The notes: generated from the letters alone by a model not told the origin. DNA of 64,000 bases from Monocercomonoides exilis PA203 (GCA_001643675.2 LSRY02000030.1:186001-250000); one strand, 5' to 3'. Shown: positions 12,301 through 24,724, counted from the stretch's first letter. Translations and numbers: made by a program.

Positions 12301-15300
12301 TCAGCGGAATCAGATCAACATCTCCCTCGCTCCAAACATCCCTCCCACAGATCGAGTTGTTCGAGTTCAGCGACTCCTGGTTGTAGTTCAGCGCAAACAG
12401 TGTTTCGTTGATCTGGTGCTCAATCGAGTGGCATCTGACAAATATGTCTTTCCCCACATGTGCCTCATTCATCACAAACAGGATGTTCACAACCTTGAAA
12501 TTCAGAGGCGGAATCTGACTCTCATTTCCATAATTCGCATGTGGGTCAGACCCATCAATAAACAGCCCTCCTCCACACCCTGCTTCACTCGAGCACTTGC
12601 ATATCGAAAACGAGCTCCCATTCACTTTCAACACTGACTCCCCACTCATCAGCACCACTCTCATCCCCCCTCCTTCATCACTCAAACCACTCTTGCAACT
12701 CGACATCGAACACTCATCCATCACACACTCCACCCCATCCTCAAATGATCCCACATCAATAACACTCGCTCCAATCCCTTCGTTTGTGATGTTCGCAAAT
12801 GAACACCCAACAACCCTCAGAACTGGTCTGTTCCCATTTGAAAAAACATTTTTCTTTCCAATCATCTGATTTTCCTCTTCAATCATCGAAATCAGGCTCC
12901 TTTCTGTCACATCGGCAAATGAGATGTTCACATTCTGAACAGTCACCTCACCTGCACTTGGCCTGAACGCAATCAACCCTTTCAACTCTGAAATCAAACT
13001 CAACGAACACCTCTCAATCAATACACTCCCCCCATTCACTCTCATCACACAATATCCAAAACTTTCTGCCGCCCCTCTCCCTGGGCCAAATGAACAATCA
13101 GAGACAGATAATAATGTGTTTGTTCCAGAGGATTCAATCAACACTGAATGATGGGCTGTGATGGCTGGCTTGGTGAATGACACATTCACAAATGACAGAC
13201 TCACATTCGAGGATATCATTGCACCACTGCTGAAAACATTCCCGTCTTCATCACTGATCGTCACCCCTGTCCCTTTCTTTGTCCCTTCAATCACCACTTT
13301 TGGTGACTCTGAAATTGATGATGAAGAAGATGAAGAAAATGATATGGAATGGCTCAGCAACCCTGATCCCACAATGGCAATATGTGTATCACCTCCTCCA
13401 AGTGTTGGATATCTCAATGATATCAAGTGGTCAATCGATGAGCATGGTGCTTCTGAATGCCCACACCCACTGAAGTCTCCTCCTTTCTCAACTGAAACAA
13501 ACCCATCCCCACTCCAGTTCCTCCACAAATACACAACCAATGGAATCACATATCCCTCCTCTCCTGTTGTCTTCCTCTCCCATCCACACAGCTCATCCAA
13601 TGATCTCAGCTCCTCTTCCTTTATCTTCCATTTCAGGTGCTCCTCATTCACAATCTCTCTCAGATCCCATCCTGACACAAACACATTCTTCCCTTTCCAC
13701 CCATCACATCCCTCAAATCCCATCCCTTCCATCACAAATGTCCCCATCTCATCTGCCAGCTTCACAAACATCCCTCCTCCCATTCCTCTCCCTCCATCCT
13801 CAACATCCTCACTCGGCACTTCACATCCTGAATATTTCACTCCTTTCATTTCCAACCTCCCTCCCTTCCCCACTGATATCTTCATCCCTCCCCCTTTCAT
13901 CCCACTCCCCCCTGAACACACTGATGACAAATTGCATCCTTCAATATTCACAATCCCATTCACTCCCATCTCCACATTCAAACATCCTCCTCCTCCACTC
14001 CCACCAACAACTTCCACTCCACTCATTCGGCAGTTCATAATCTCCAATTCAACTCCATTCGAAACAACAATTGGTGATTTCCCACTCATTCTCACTCCCC
14101 CTTCCATCACAAATCCATTCACAGTCAGCCCTCCTCCCTCAATACAAATCACATTGAATCCAATCATTTCATCATTTCCAAATGAGACTGAACAGCTGGT
14201 CATTGTGATGGTTGATGATGATGAGGAGGAGTAGATAAATCCATTTCTCCTCCCATTCATCTCTTCATTCAGCACAAATGCCAAATAACCCATCTCAAAT
14301 GATTTTGAACATTCAATAAGGTTGTTTTGATTTATCGATCCTTCATCTCTCACAATCACCTTCATCCCTTCTTCTTTTCCTGAAACACTCACCTCAAATG
14401 AAACCACTTTCATCTCATTCTTTATCCATGATTCTGAGATAACATCGATTTCATTCACGTTGCTGCTCGCTCTCTTCTCAACACAATAGTCAATTGTCAA
14501 ACACCCAAACTCCTCAAACCCACAATGATTGTGATCCAGTGCCCTCTCTCCTCTCCCATCAACTCTCAACTTCGAGCCAATTGAACACAAATACACAAAC
14601 AGCGGAATCACTTCCCCTTCTCTTCCATCCTCACTCCCACACAACTTCAACACATCTGTTGGAATCACACTCGAATCAAAAAATGAAAATGAACTCCCAT
14701 TCACTTTCGACTCCAACAACACTCCTCCACCACATTCAACAAACACATCCTTCCCATATGAAGCTTTGTTATCCTCTCCAAACACAAACAAACCCTGAAT
14801 TCCAGATTCCATTTTCAATGAACCATCCCTGCCCTCCATCACAATCATCATTCCTCCCCCTCTCCCTTCACTTCTCCCTTCTGAACTCTCCCCTGAACCC
14901 TTCGCCTCACACCCATCAATCACACAACTCCCATTCACAACAACACTCCCTTCCCCCTTCACAACAACACACATCCCTCCTCCTCTTCCACTGACACACT
15001 TGCACCCCTTCACAACACACGACTCAATCACAATTATCCCATTCTTCCCTTCATCCCCCTCTGCCCCAACCACTCCACTCACCCATCCTCCATCTCCATT
15101 TCTCTTCTCAATGTTGTTCACCTCACATCCACAAAACACAACTGATTCCACCCCTTCACCAAACTCAATCAGCGAATGTTCTCCAAATCTCAATGTCTCT
15201 GTGATCACCAATCCCTCCACTTTCACTTTTCCCCCAATCACATTCACAAAACAATATCCAATGGAATTCTCAGAGGAACAAACAACAGAGCAGTCAGTGA

Positions 15301-18300
15301 GTGTGAGGAGTGAGGAGTTGGATGTGATCAGAGATGATGACGATGCACCAGATAGAGCTGATGGAATGCAAAACGTGATGTTTCTCATTGAGCATTTGCT
15401 CTGAACCTCAATCAGACAAGATGACTCAAAATTCTCTGGTGCTTTCACCCCAACCTCCATCCCTTTTCTCGCACATGAAATCTCCCATTCATAGCCATCT
15501 GTCATTCCAACTGCCTCAGCAAGCTCAAATCCTGAATCCAATTCGATCTTCTTGTTTGTGTCTGGATATCTCACTTGAGCTGCATGGGTGATGGTGGCAC
15601 ACGGATAATAGTCAAACCCACAGAACCACGAGTCGTATCCACCAAGCCCATTCTTCCCCTTCCCCACATGTGCTGCATCTGGATATCTGTCCAAATACAC
15701 ATTCAGTGGGAACAACCCCATTGTTGTGCCACTCCGATCATATCCCACCAGCTCATTGTATTTTGAATCTTCATGTTGGACATTCAGCGTTGAGGAGCTT
15801 ATTCCCCATCTCGCTGAATTGCTCCCATTCACAAACACATAATTCCCTCCCAATGAGGCATAACTCCCTGAAAAGTCAACTGACACAATCGAGAAGTCAA
15901 TCGAGTTGTCTGCCAGATGCAGCATCATCCCTCCTCCATATTTGCCACTTGTGCATCTCTTGATTGTTGTTGCTTCAACCTGTAGCTTGCTTGTATCTGT
16001 TTCCATCTCAACCTTGATCCCACCACCACTGCCATTAACACACTCACAATCTTCGATTGTCATATTCTTGACCACAAACGTCTCTCCTGCCTTCACACTC
16101 TTTGCCACAACCACCCCATCTCCTTCAATCAATCTCACATTCTTCACTTTCACATTCGCCAACACGCTATCTCCAGATGAAGTGGCTCTCAAAAACAGGG
16201 CAGATGACGACAATGAAGAAGATAAAACAGGTTCAGAGAACAATGGTTCTGACGCATTCATATCTTTTATCTCCGCATCAGCCATTGACAGCTGTAACAG
16301 CGGCGCCACAAACACAGATGATGATATCACATATTCTCCATTTTCACTCGTGGTGATCACGACATCCTCCAACGAGAGTGACCCACTCCCATCAGACACC
16401 GCAACCACACTCGGCGAAGAAGGATTTGCATTTGAGTTGCAATCAACCTTCATGTGCAATAAACCAAGGTGACCTGCTGACACACTGAACAGCGCTCCAG
16501 CTGATGAAAGTGTTCCTGTTTCAATCACACTTTTATCTTTGCCAGTTCCAATGACAGAAATCTTCTTTGTTCCAATCTCAACAGTTGTTGTCTCACTTTG
16601 ATGATTCCCTTCCAGCACTGTGATCTCCAAGCTGACATGAACCTCACACATTTCAAACGCCTTCTTCACTGTCAGACACTGATTTGATTCATTTGCCCCA
16701 CACAGCTCATATGAATCATTCCCATTCACAGAAACATATAACGTTTTATCCTTCAGCCAATCCTTTTTTGACGTTTGGTCATATGTCCAACTCCCGGAAT
16801 TTTTTAAGTTGTATACATAACAGACTCTCCCTTCATCTGTATTTGTTGAGTAACATTCTTTAAACGGAATTCCAGAATTCAAATAAACATTATGAGCATC
16901 AACAAAAAATACATCGTGGCCATCTGGAGGGTTTTTCAGGCATTTGCATTCATGAAAATGAATGAAATAACAATAATATCCACGCTTGGAAGTGTTTCTC
17001 GATTAGGTTCAAATCTCATTCCCCCACCTTGTGATGAAGCTGAACAGGAGATAAACTGCACACTCATCATTTTGAACACTGCAGGAATATTCGAGCAACG
17101 CATGCCTCCGCCCCATGTGTTTGCGATTGAACATGAAGTGAAACTGCAGTCAAACACACACGCACTTTCTCCCCCACCATTTTCTGTTCCAATGCAATCA
17201 GCTCCTGAAACCTGAAAATTATCAAGATAAAGCCCTCCTCCGCGATTATTTGCTTCACAATTCTGGAATTCACATCCACTGATCCGAACACATGTTGAAA
17301 TCGTATTAACAAACATCCCTCCTCCAAAGCGATTTTGTCCTTCGCAAGAATTAAAAAAACTGTGTTCAATCTCAACCGAACTGATTCCAAAACATATGAC
17401 CCCTCCTCCAGCATAATGAGCATAACAATCATTGAATGCACAATGCGAAACTGAAACAGTTGCGGACGATTGACCATACATGAATATTGCGCCACCGTTC
17501 GAAGTGCCATCGGCATATGTTTCACCTTTTCCTGTTGTCTTCGATCCATTCCATTCGCACCAAACAAAAATGTTTGCTCCGTCTGTTGTTTCGTTCTGTC
17601 TCACTAGATGTTTCTTGTCATCTTCAGTTCCATTGGCATAAATATTCCTTGTCTTGCAACATCCAATAAATGAAGTGTTTAAGGCTGTCAAGGAAGCCAA
17701 GGGGTTGTTCAGAGAGGGAACAATTCCTCCATCATATACGTCACAAACAGACGAAAATAAGCAGCTGTTCATTAGATATGAGGTTTGGGTTGATGTTGTG
17801 GTTGAAGGCAAGCACGGGTCAGGTGCTGTTGAGATGTTGAAAAATGTGAGTTTGGAAAGGGATACAAGAGGAATGGACGGTGATGAAAGAAAGGGGGTTG
17901 ATGAGACACAAAAAGATGAAAAATGAGATGAACAAACAGAAACAGAACATTTTTCCGAAAACTTCTCTTTTAACGTTTCTGAAGAAAAGAGAGATGGAAA
18001 TGACTTCAAAAACCCAGTTGAAGATGAACAAAGTGAAATGTTGGTGAACAGCCCACAACCTCCAGTCAGGCATAATGGAGACACTTCACTACCCATCACA
18101 AAATCGCAATCATTCAATTCAACAAAACTTCCGATCTCTGCTTTGATAACATTTCTCTCATCGTGTTGAATCAGATCCAATGATTTGAGCTTCACTGAAG
18201 AATTAATTAGAATCAAGCACCCTTCAATCTCACTTTCTTCAAATATTCTTTCAATTTTTTTCATTTCTCCTTTTCCAAAAAAATGCTCATTATTCACAAT

Positions 18301-18606
18301 CCTGACTGAATTGTCCTTCCCAAATTGATTACTTCTTTCATCAAATAGTTTTAGATTATTTTTCTTTGATTTTTCTTGTTTTTCATTTTCTTCAATTTCA
18401 CCTTCATTCCCTTCAATAAATAATTCAAACTTGTTTTTTTCTCCATCTGCATCCTTTTGAAGGCTCTCAAACAAAGAGTTTCCCAAATAATCTGTTTTTC
18501 TTTCAATCATTGATTTCTCCATCATTTCTGTTTCTTCATTTGTGGCACCATTGCACAGGCATTGCACACATATAATGCAATTAACGTAACATATTCCAGA
18601 CAGCAT
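9396..18606 (-). pseudogene. Frameshifted copy (A) of giant beta-helix-ectodomain / TM / TKL-type pseudokinase receptor
   Basis: ORFs 16936-18606, 11093-16882 and 9396-11105 are collinear with the 3097 aa ORF at 52657-61950. A 1-bp deletion at ~16982 is restored as CCA AGC G- GGA TAT TAT TGT (..GYYCYFIHFHECKC..GHDV..LNSGIPF). A 1-bp deletion at ~11126 reads GGA-CATCATTT versus paralog GGATCATCATTT (ERGSSFFIP). Contains TM WAVFCLIFVVLFLIVLIGFILFVV, RWMAPE and FSIGMMLWECLTLQIPF. Confidence 0.9.
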
Positions 18607-19915
18607 AGGAACTTATCTGCACGAATAAGACTCTTTTCTTTTTTTCCGGATTTCTTCTTTATAAGAATGGGTGCAATAATTTAAAATTTGAAAAAGTAAA
18701 AAAAACTTCTTGTTCAAGAATAAAGCAAAATATTTTATTATATTCATTTTGATGAGTTTTGAATGAGTGAAATTTCCTTTATTGTTTGATCATTTGAATA
18801 ATACAAAATGATTGACTAAAAATGTTGATGATTTGATATTTTCATTAATACAAAGAGAGAAGCTGTTAAACATTTTCCACCTGTCATCATATTTGTTTTT
18901 AATCATCTGGGCGAGTTGCCCTTGTTATTTGGAAAGTGAGAATTGGAGAAGCATTTTTCTTTTTGGAATTCATTTATCTGAGGAACAGATGAGGTGTGTT
19001 CAATGAAAGTTTTTTGAAGAGACTTTTCATATTTTGTTTTCATGTGTATGTGTAATTTTTTCATTTGCAGTCACCAGAGGCATTTTGGAATTGTTATTTC
19101 TTGATTGTTATTTGCTGAAGCGTTGGATGGCTGAAATGGGACACTCTCGTCCAACGAGATGGACAGTGTGGTATTAATTCATATGAGATATTTCAATTGG
19201 GTGTTTTATTCATTCATTTGATTTTATTTTGCAAACAGGGCAGAAAATGATACAATTTGAGAAAAAGGAAAGATTACAAAAGCTGAACAAACCAAAAATG
19301 GATATTTGTGGAAAGTCAAAGGGGCTGCAGGAAGAAATGCAACAGCAACGAATGTCTGTTGAATGTTTGTTTTTCTCGAATATTTTCATGAAAAAATTTT
19401 TTTTTGTTTTTCAATAATGTTTTGGATTGGAAATTTCACATCTGTTTTTGTCTTCATTTCCTTATGCCACAAGGAAATAAAAGTCATTTAACTCATTTTC
19501 TTTCAGATTTCTTTTTGGAGATGGTATTTTAGGGAAAAGGCAGAAAGGCAAAGAAATAACGAAGAACGAGGAAAAATTGTGGAAGAGAAGAAATGACGAT
19601 GAAAAAGAGAAATGAGGTGGAATAAAAGCACACAATGGGTCTGAACCAAAGTTGAGGATGTGTTTATTGGGAAGGATCTGAAGAGGAGAAAGGCAAATAG
19701 AAATGATGATGATGCCTTTAAAAAGAAAGAGAACAGCCACAGGAGCTGATTTATTGGCTTCAGATTTCATGAGCCAACCTTCACCAGCATCGCAAGGAAG
19801 AGGAAAGAAAGTTATAAATGAGGATTAATCATCATATTTGATGATGTGGCAGTATTTTAAAGAAAAGCAATCGAAGAAGATATTTTTGCTGTTGAAGTGT
19901 TCATTCTTCTTCTTC
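9654..19915 (-). repeat. Left arm of ~10.3 kb inverted segmental duplication
   Basis: Reverse-complement homology to 51351-61620. In the ~1.4 kb block 18358-19783 / 51480-52905, paired coordinates sum to 71263 (no indels), and the small ORF translations there are identical. Homology ends after ..KIVNGERPGM on the outer side and fades at ~19915 on the inner side. Confidence 0.95.
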
Positions 19916-20481
19916 AATTGTTTCTTCAAAAAATATGCCTTTTAACATCATCAGCCACTTTCTTCCACATTCATCCTCAATTTCATTGACAGAACGGGAA
20001 ATTCCTCATATTCCTTGCCTTCCTCTTCTTCCATGTTATTGCAAAATTAATGTTCATTTGTTTTATGGATAACTGGTGTAACAATCCAATCGATTTCGAA
20101 TGAACAGCAAGGAAGATGAAGAGAAAGAAACAATAATTTCAAAGATTCAAACTTTCTTCAAATCATTGTCATCATCAATTTTATTTTTTTGGAAAAGGAA
20201 ATCAAGGTAAAAAAGAAACTCCATTGATAAAAATATAAAAAATGAAGAACATTTTCATTTTTTGATAAAGAGTTTCCTTGATTTTTTTTTTGAATTAAAT
20301 AAAAATGAAAATAAAATAAAATGCAGAGAGACAGGTTTTCTCCGAGATAATGAGTATTGATCACGATTTATGGGTGGCTTGAGTGAAAACTTCGTCCTTC
20401 AAAAAATGACATGGAAAAAATGGCGAGAAAAAATTCAAAACAATATCATTAAAAATTAAGTAAATAAATAATGCTTTGTCC

Positions 20482-20705
20482 GCTTCACTTCACCACCGAC
20501 TTCGCCTTTTCGCATTGGTCTCGAAGACCAGAGGGCAGGGGACATTGCCCCTCGGAGCTGTCTCCTGCAGGCTGTGCAGGGATTTGGTGAGGCGAGTGTT
20601 CAAAAACGGAGCAGAAAGAAAAAACACTCTCGCTTTCACGATGCGTGGAAAATAAAACTGCTTGTGAAGTACTCTGCCTCACGCTCTTCTGCTGCATCAG
20701 CAGAA
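20482..20705 (+). ncRNA. Candidate structured RNA of unknown family (multi-stem, possible pseudoknot)
   Basis: GC-rich island in AT-rich DNA with nested helices: gcttcac/gtgaagt, ttcacca/tggtgag, gccttt/gagggc, tggtct/agacca, agggg/cccct, cctgca/tgcagg, gagtgtt/aacactc, tttcacg/cgtggaa, ttctgctg/cagcagaa. Loop gagcag (20609-14) can pair with ctgctt (20658-63). Most non-canonical pairs are G.U on the + strand. Manual folding only. Confidence 0.45.
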
Positions 20706-21010
20706 CAACGCCAAGACATCACATACTGCATGTTAAATATTTAATTCTTCTCTTTTAAAACCATTAAAATCTTGTAAAGGAGTTGGATCATGTTTTAACC
20801 TTTTTATTCATTCCATGTTTTTTAATACAGGTTATCGGTGCACCCTTGTGACTTCTGGCGGTTAATCTATTTCTCTATGCTTCAATATCTCGCCCCTTTT
20901 TCTAGTCGTCTCTCCACAAACTTCTGGTTCACCTTCGCACCCAGCAGCTTATTGTCTCTCCATCCGCATTCCTATTATCTCAGAGCAAACCTGTCTCACT
21001 GCGTTTAAAT

Positions 21011-21075
21011 TAATTCGAAATAGAGCGAATCAACAAACGCAAGGAGCACGTTTGCTCCTTAATAATGAGTCTTGA
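21011..21075. repeat. DIRS right ITR or ICR (imperfect inverted copy of ~26261-26324)
   Basis: aattcgaaatagagcgaatcaacaaacgcaaggagcacgtttgctccttaataatgagtcttga aligns without gaps to revcomp(26261-26324) aattcgcaacagagcgaatctacgaatgcaaggagcagatttgctcttcgataatgagctttga, roughly 80% identical. Confidence 0.8.
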
Positions 21076-21574
21076 AAACCCTCTCTATTTCTGCAATAAT
21101 GATCTTTAACCTCTCTTGCCTTGCACAATATCGTGCGGCGGATGAACAGAGGGACTGCGGATGAATGTGCGTTCCTTGTCTCAACTCCCTCCAATTCTTG
21201 GAACGTTTTCGAGGTGTTCCTGATCTGGTCTTCGACACTTGAGTGGGCCTGACAATTTGTCCTATGCTTCTCTCTCCGCTTCTCCTCCAATCAGATTCAA
21301 ACTTCTTCTGTGAGGCAGTATGTCTGTTCTCCGTCAACTCCATAATGCAGCGGGGAATTATGGGGGGCGTCTCTTCACCTTTGGGAAGTTGAGCTATTTC
21401 ACTCTCATTCCGTAAACTCTTATTTCGAATAGGATATCGTTTCTTCGATTTCTTCCTCTTGCTCATATACACTTCTCCCCCATCTTGTGCACTTTCTTTT
21501 GTATATTCCTTTATTCCTGATATTGTCTTCTCATCCCTTATACCCTCTCTCTCTCTGTCCTTCTCTGACTTGTT

Positions 21575-22534
21575 TCACTTTCCTGCATGGGGTGCTGGTC
21601 CGCTGATTGTCTCCAGGATCCAATTTGTGTCTTGAACCGAAAGCACTGTGTAATACTTCTGGGCTACTCAAGAACCTGGCGCCCATCTCGCATAAGCATT
21701 GATTGCTTTCCAATCTGCATCTTGTTGTCTAGCTAAGTGTGTTATCACAGCGTGTCTTATCGAGTGTGTGGTCAATGTGTCGGGTATTCCGTTCTCACTC
21801 AAAACAGCAACTAATTCTTCTTTGATTCTCTGCAAATTTGCACGCCTGCCCACTTCTATGTCGAACCACACATGTTCTTTCTGAAAAGTTGTCTTTGTGC
21901 ACACCATCCAACATTGGAGCGCTGCAACAGCATCTATACGTGGGTTTGGATGTTTATTTATTATAACTTTGATAGCCTCACCTCCACATGTCTTGGTTCG
22001 TTCATGTGTTAGTATTATATTATCTTTAAATATCGTTGTCTCTCTTCTCATTCTTTCCAGCTCTGCTGGACTTAAAGCACCAAAAATCATTGTGAGAATG
22101 AGGGCTCTCCTCTGGGGAATTCGTATATCTTTTGCGTCGTAGGTGCTTTCAGCCCATTTCGTGATGATTGTCAAGTCCCACATTGATTTGTATCGTTTGC
22201 CCCTTCTTGGCTTATCCCCCACATAAGTCTTTAGAAATATTTTTATGTCCTTTCGATCAATCTTAGTCTCCCTAAATAGATTAATAGAATCCAGCACTTT
22301 CCGCATTGTCTGATGAATCACTCCACCTGAAAGGTTCGTATTCGAGAGTGTTTCGTTGAACTCTGACATAATCCATTTGGCATCTTTGGTTGTGAAAGGT
22401 TCGGTGTCATCCATGCTTTCTCTGTCCTGGAATTGCTTGAATCTTCGTAGCGCTCTCCACGTATCTCTTTTACTCTTCTGATTTCTCAGTATTGCTGCTG
22501 CTATATCCTTTGCTCCAATGTATTCTCCCCAATC
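21575..22534 (-). pseudogene. DIRS tyrosine recombinase (inactivated)
   Basis: Motifs: KPRRGKRYKSMWDL; FGALSPAEL (box I LRxxEL with Arg replaced by Ser); ERTKT; THSIRHAVIT (HxxR); ARWAPGS*VAQKYY (catalytic Tyr lies after an in-frame TGA at 21668). The frame extends upstream of ORF 21668-22414 to the TAA at 22535. Confidence 0.88.
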
Positions 22535-23749
22535 TTAAAAGAGATCCCTTCCAGGGGTATTTTCCTCTCCAGTGTAATACTTATAACCTCTCCTGGGGGG
22601 TTTTTTCCAGTCTTCCTTTCTCATCTTCGCTCCCGGTATCATGCACTCCTGAAAGGTCCCCAGGGTCATTATCGAATGCCCAGGCTGCAGTAGCGGGGTC
22701 CAGGTCTGCCCCCGCCAGGCTAGCAGAATCAGAATCGTTAGTTCACTCTGGGCTTCCTTCATCTTCTCTTTCAGGGTCCGTCCGATGTTTCTCAGGAACG
22801 GATGGATCAACACTACATCGTTTTCTAACAATTCTTTCTTTCTATTCATTTTCAGAGAGGATAGTCTCCAATTCCTTCCGCAGGGCACCGGCGCAATCGG
22901 TCCTGAAATTGTATCCAATGTTCTCGGTGCGACTGTTTGCAATATCTCTGCGACTTTCTCTCTTCTCAGTGCATAGTCTGGTTTTCTCGCCATCCGGCTG
23001 AGTGCATCTGCTTCCGTGTTCTGTTCTCCCTGGAGGTGTTCCGTTTGTATTGTAAGGTCCAGGGCATTTAGTTTCTTCTCTAATGCTCTCAATGTTGGAA
23101 TGAGCGATGAAGCTCCCCTCTTCTTATGAATCGTCCATCTTGTGGACATGTTGTCTGTCTTCAGACGAATGTGATCTATCTTCTGCTGTTGCAGCCATGC
23201 TCACTTTCTCTCTAGTGTCCTCAACACTGCTCTGGATTCCTTCTCGTTAATCGCTAATGCACTCTCCTGGAGTGTCCAACTTCCGTGGACATTGATCTTC
23301 TCCTCTTTGTTCTCTTCCAGTATTGTTTACACTGCACCCCAACCCAGCTTTGACGCATATGTTGTTAGTTCTGCTAATCTGTTCATTCTCTTCTGACTCC
23401 TTGGTCTGTTCTCTTGCAGGATCATTCTCCAATGTGTTAATTCTCCCAGCATCATTGGGTTGGCTATTACCGCTCCCTTCCAGCCCCCGCGGGCTATTTC
23501 CTGCCTCAGCACGTATTGCATGCGCTTCATCCACAAGCTCGCTGGTGGGTGTTGTGACCTCACGAAGTTCAGCCTCCCGAGGGGTGCTGCGAAGTCTCTT
23601 GTCTTTTGTCTCCTCCTCTTCTTTGCCGGTGCTATCCAAGTTCGCACATCCTCCAGGAGCAGCACTCTCTTCCTCTCCTGGAGTGTCACTTCCATCTTCT
23701 CTGAATTCCACAGCCATCCCAGAAACTCCACACTCCTTGTGGGTTCCAA
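22535..23749 (-). pseudogene. DIRS RT C-terminus, RNase H and methyltransferase-like domain
   Basis: Motifs: PTRSVEFLGWLWNS; LGRLNF; ELTTYASKLGWGAV (TDAS..GWG with Asp replaced by Tyr); EHLQGEQNTEADALSR; DVVLIHPF..IGRTL..ILILLAWRGQTWTPLL (DIRS1 MT-like region). Same frame throughout, interrupted by stops. Confidence 0.85.
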
Positions 23750-23773
23750 CTTCAGTTTCTCTTCCGACAGTAT

Positions 23774-24724
23774 CTAGCACAGATTTCTCAGGAACTGGGC
23801 TATCTCCTGTGAGATCGATCTCAATGCATCCCTGTCTGAGTGCCTGAGGAGAATATAGTCCAGATATATTACAAACTTTTCCTTCCACTTTTCTCCGATG
23901 AATGATTCTGCCCGTCTCATTATCTTCGTGAATATTCCAGGAGCATCTTTCGCTCCAAAGGGCATCCCTACGTAAGCGTAACATTGACTTTGAAAGCTGA
24001 AGCACAGATAGGGACTGAATTGTTCGTCCACCATAACATGTTTGCATTCACTCGATATATCAAAAGTGGTCATCCAATCGTTCTCCTCCAGGAGTTCCAC
24101 CACTGTCTCCTGTAACTCCATCTTGAAATGCTTTCCCCACACTTCCTCGTTTAGCGCCCTGCAATCCAGGATCTTCCTCCACTTTCCGTTCTTCTTTATC
24201 ACCATGAGTGTCGGGTCGAACCACTTCCCCTCCGACTCCTGTACTAGCTTCACCACACCATCCTTCAATTCCTCCTCCCAGAGGGATAAATAATTCCTCG
24301 TCATCTCCGTAGTTCCCCGAAACTCCTGTTTGTGTTTTCTCTCCTCGAGTGAGATTGGGGACTGGGGGCTTCTCCATCGAGCTCTTATACCACGGCTCAC
24401 TAGTTTGTCTCCCCCAATCTTCTTCCACTCGCTCATCCTGTTCACTAGTCTCCCAGGAAGTTGCTCCTTCGGTGGTCCAATCGCTATACTCTCCATCACT
24501 TCTGGTGTCTTGTGGCCATACTGCATCCGTGTATTCCCTTCTCCTTCGAGAATATCTGCAATAACTGTCTTTGAACTCACCTCAAGGGCGCTCCCAATTG
24601 GGTTCTCTGTAACAGTCCCAGAAGCTCTCAATACTCTCTTCTCTTCCTCCTTCCCGGATTTCCGATCGTTCATCTGTCTTGTCTTGTGGGGGTAATGAAG
24701 TCTTCTTCTGTGTTCTCTCTCCAT
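23774..24724 (-). pseudogene. DIRS reverse transcriptase (inactivated)
   Basis: Motifs: LPGRL..W; KKNGKWRKILDCRALN; HFKME; WMTTFDISS; YLCFSF; GMPFGAKDAPGIFTKIM; VIYLDY (YLDD mutated). TAG at 23774 interrupts the pol frame. Confidence 0.92.

Noticed and set aside
18812-19770. Small ORFs duplicated identically at 51337-52451
   Set aside because: Identity reflects the DNA duplication, not protein conservation; at most a decayed gene fragment.
20495-20595. U1 snRNA resemblance (tggtctcgaag, cattgccc, gatttggtg)
   Set aside because: No ACUUACCUG 5' end, and the U1-70K and U1A loop look-alikes are mismatched and sit within stems.
20590-20690. SRP helix 8 (aaacggagcag), U3 box B (gagcgtga on minus), SAM-I-like and telomerase-like similarities
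   Set aside because: Each lacks its required partner: no CAGG/GNRA helix, no U3 box A, no SAM-I P3, no CCCUAA template.
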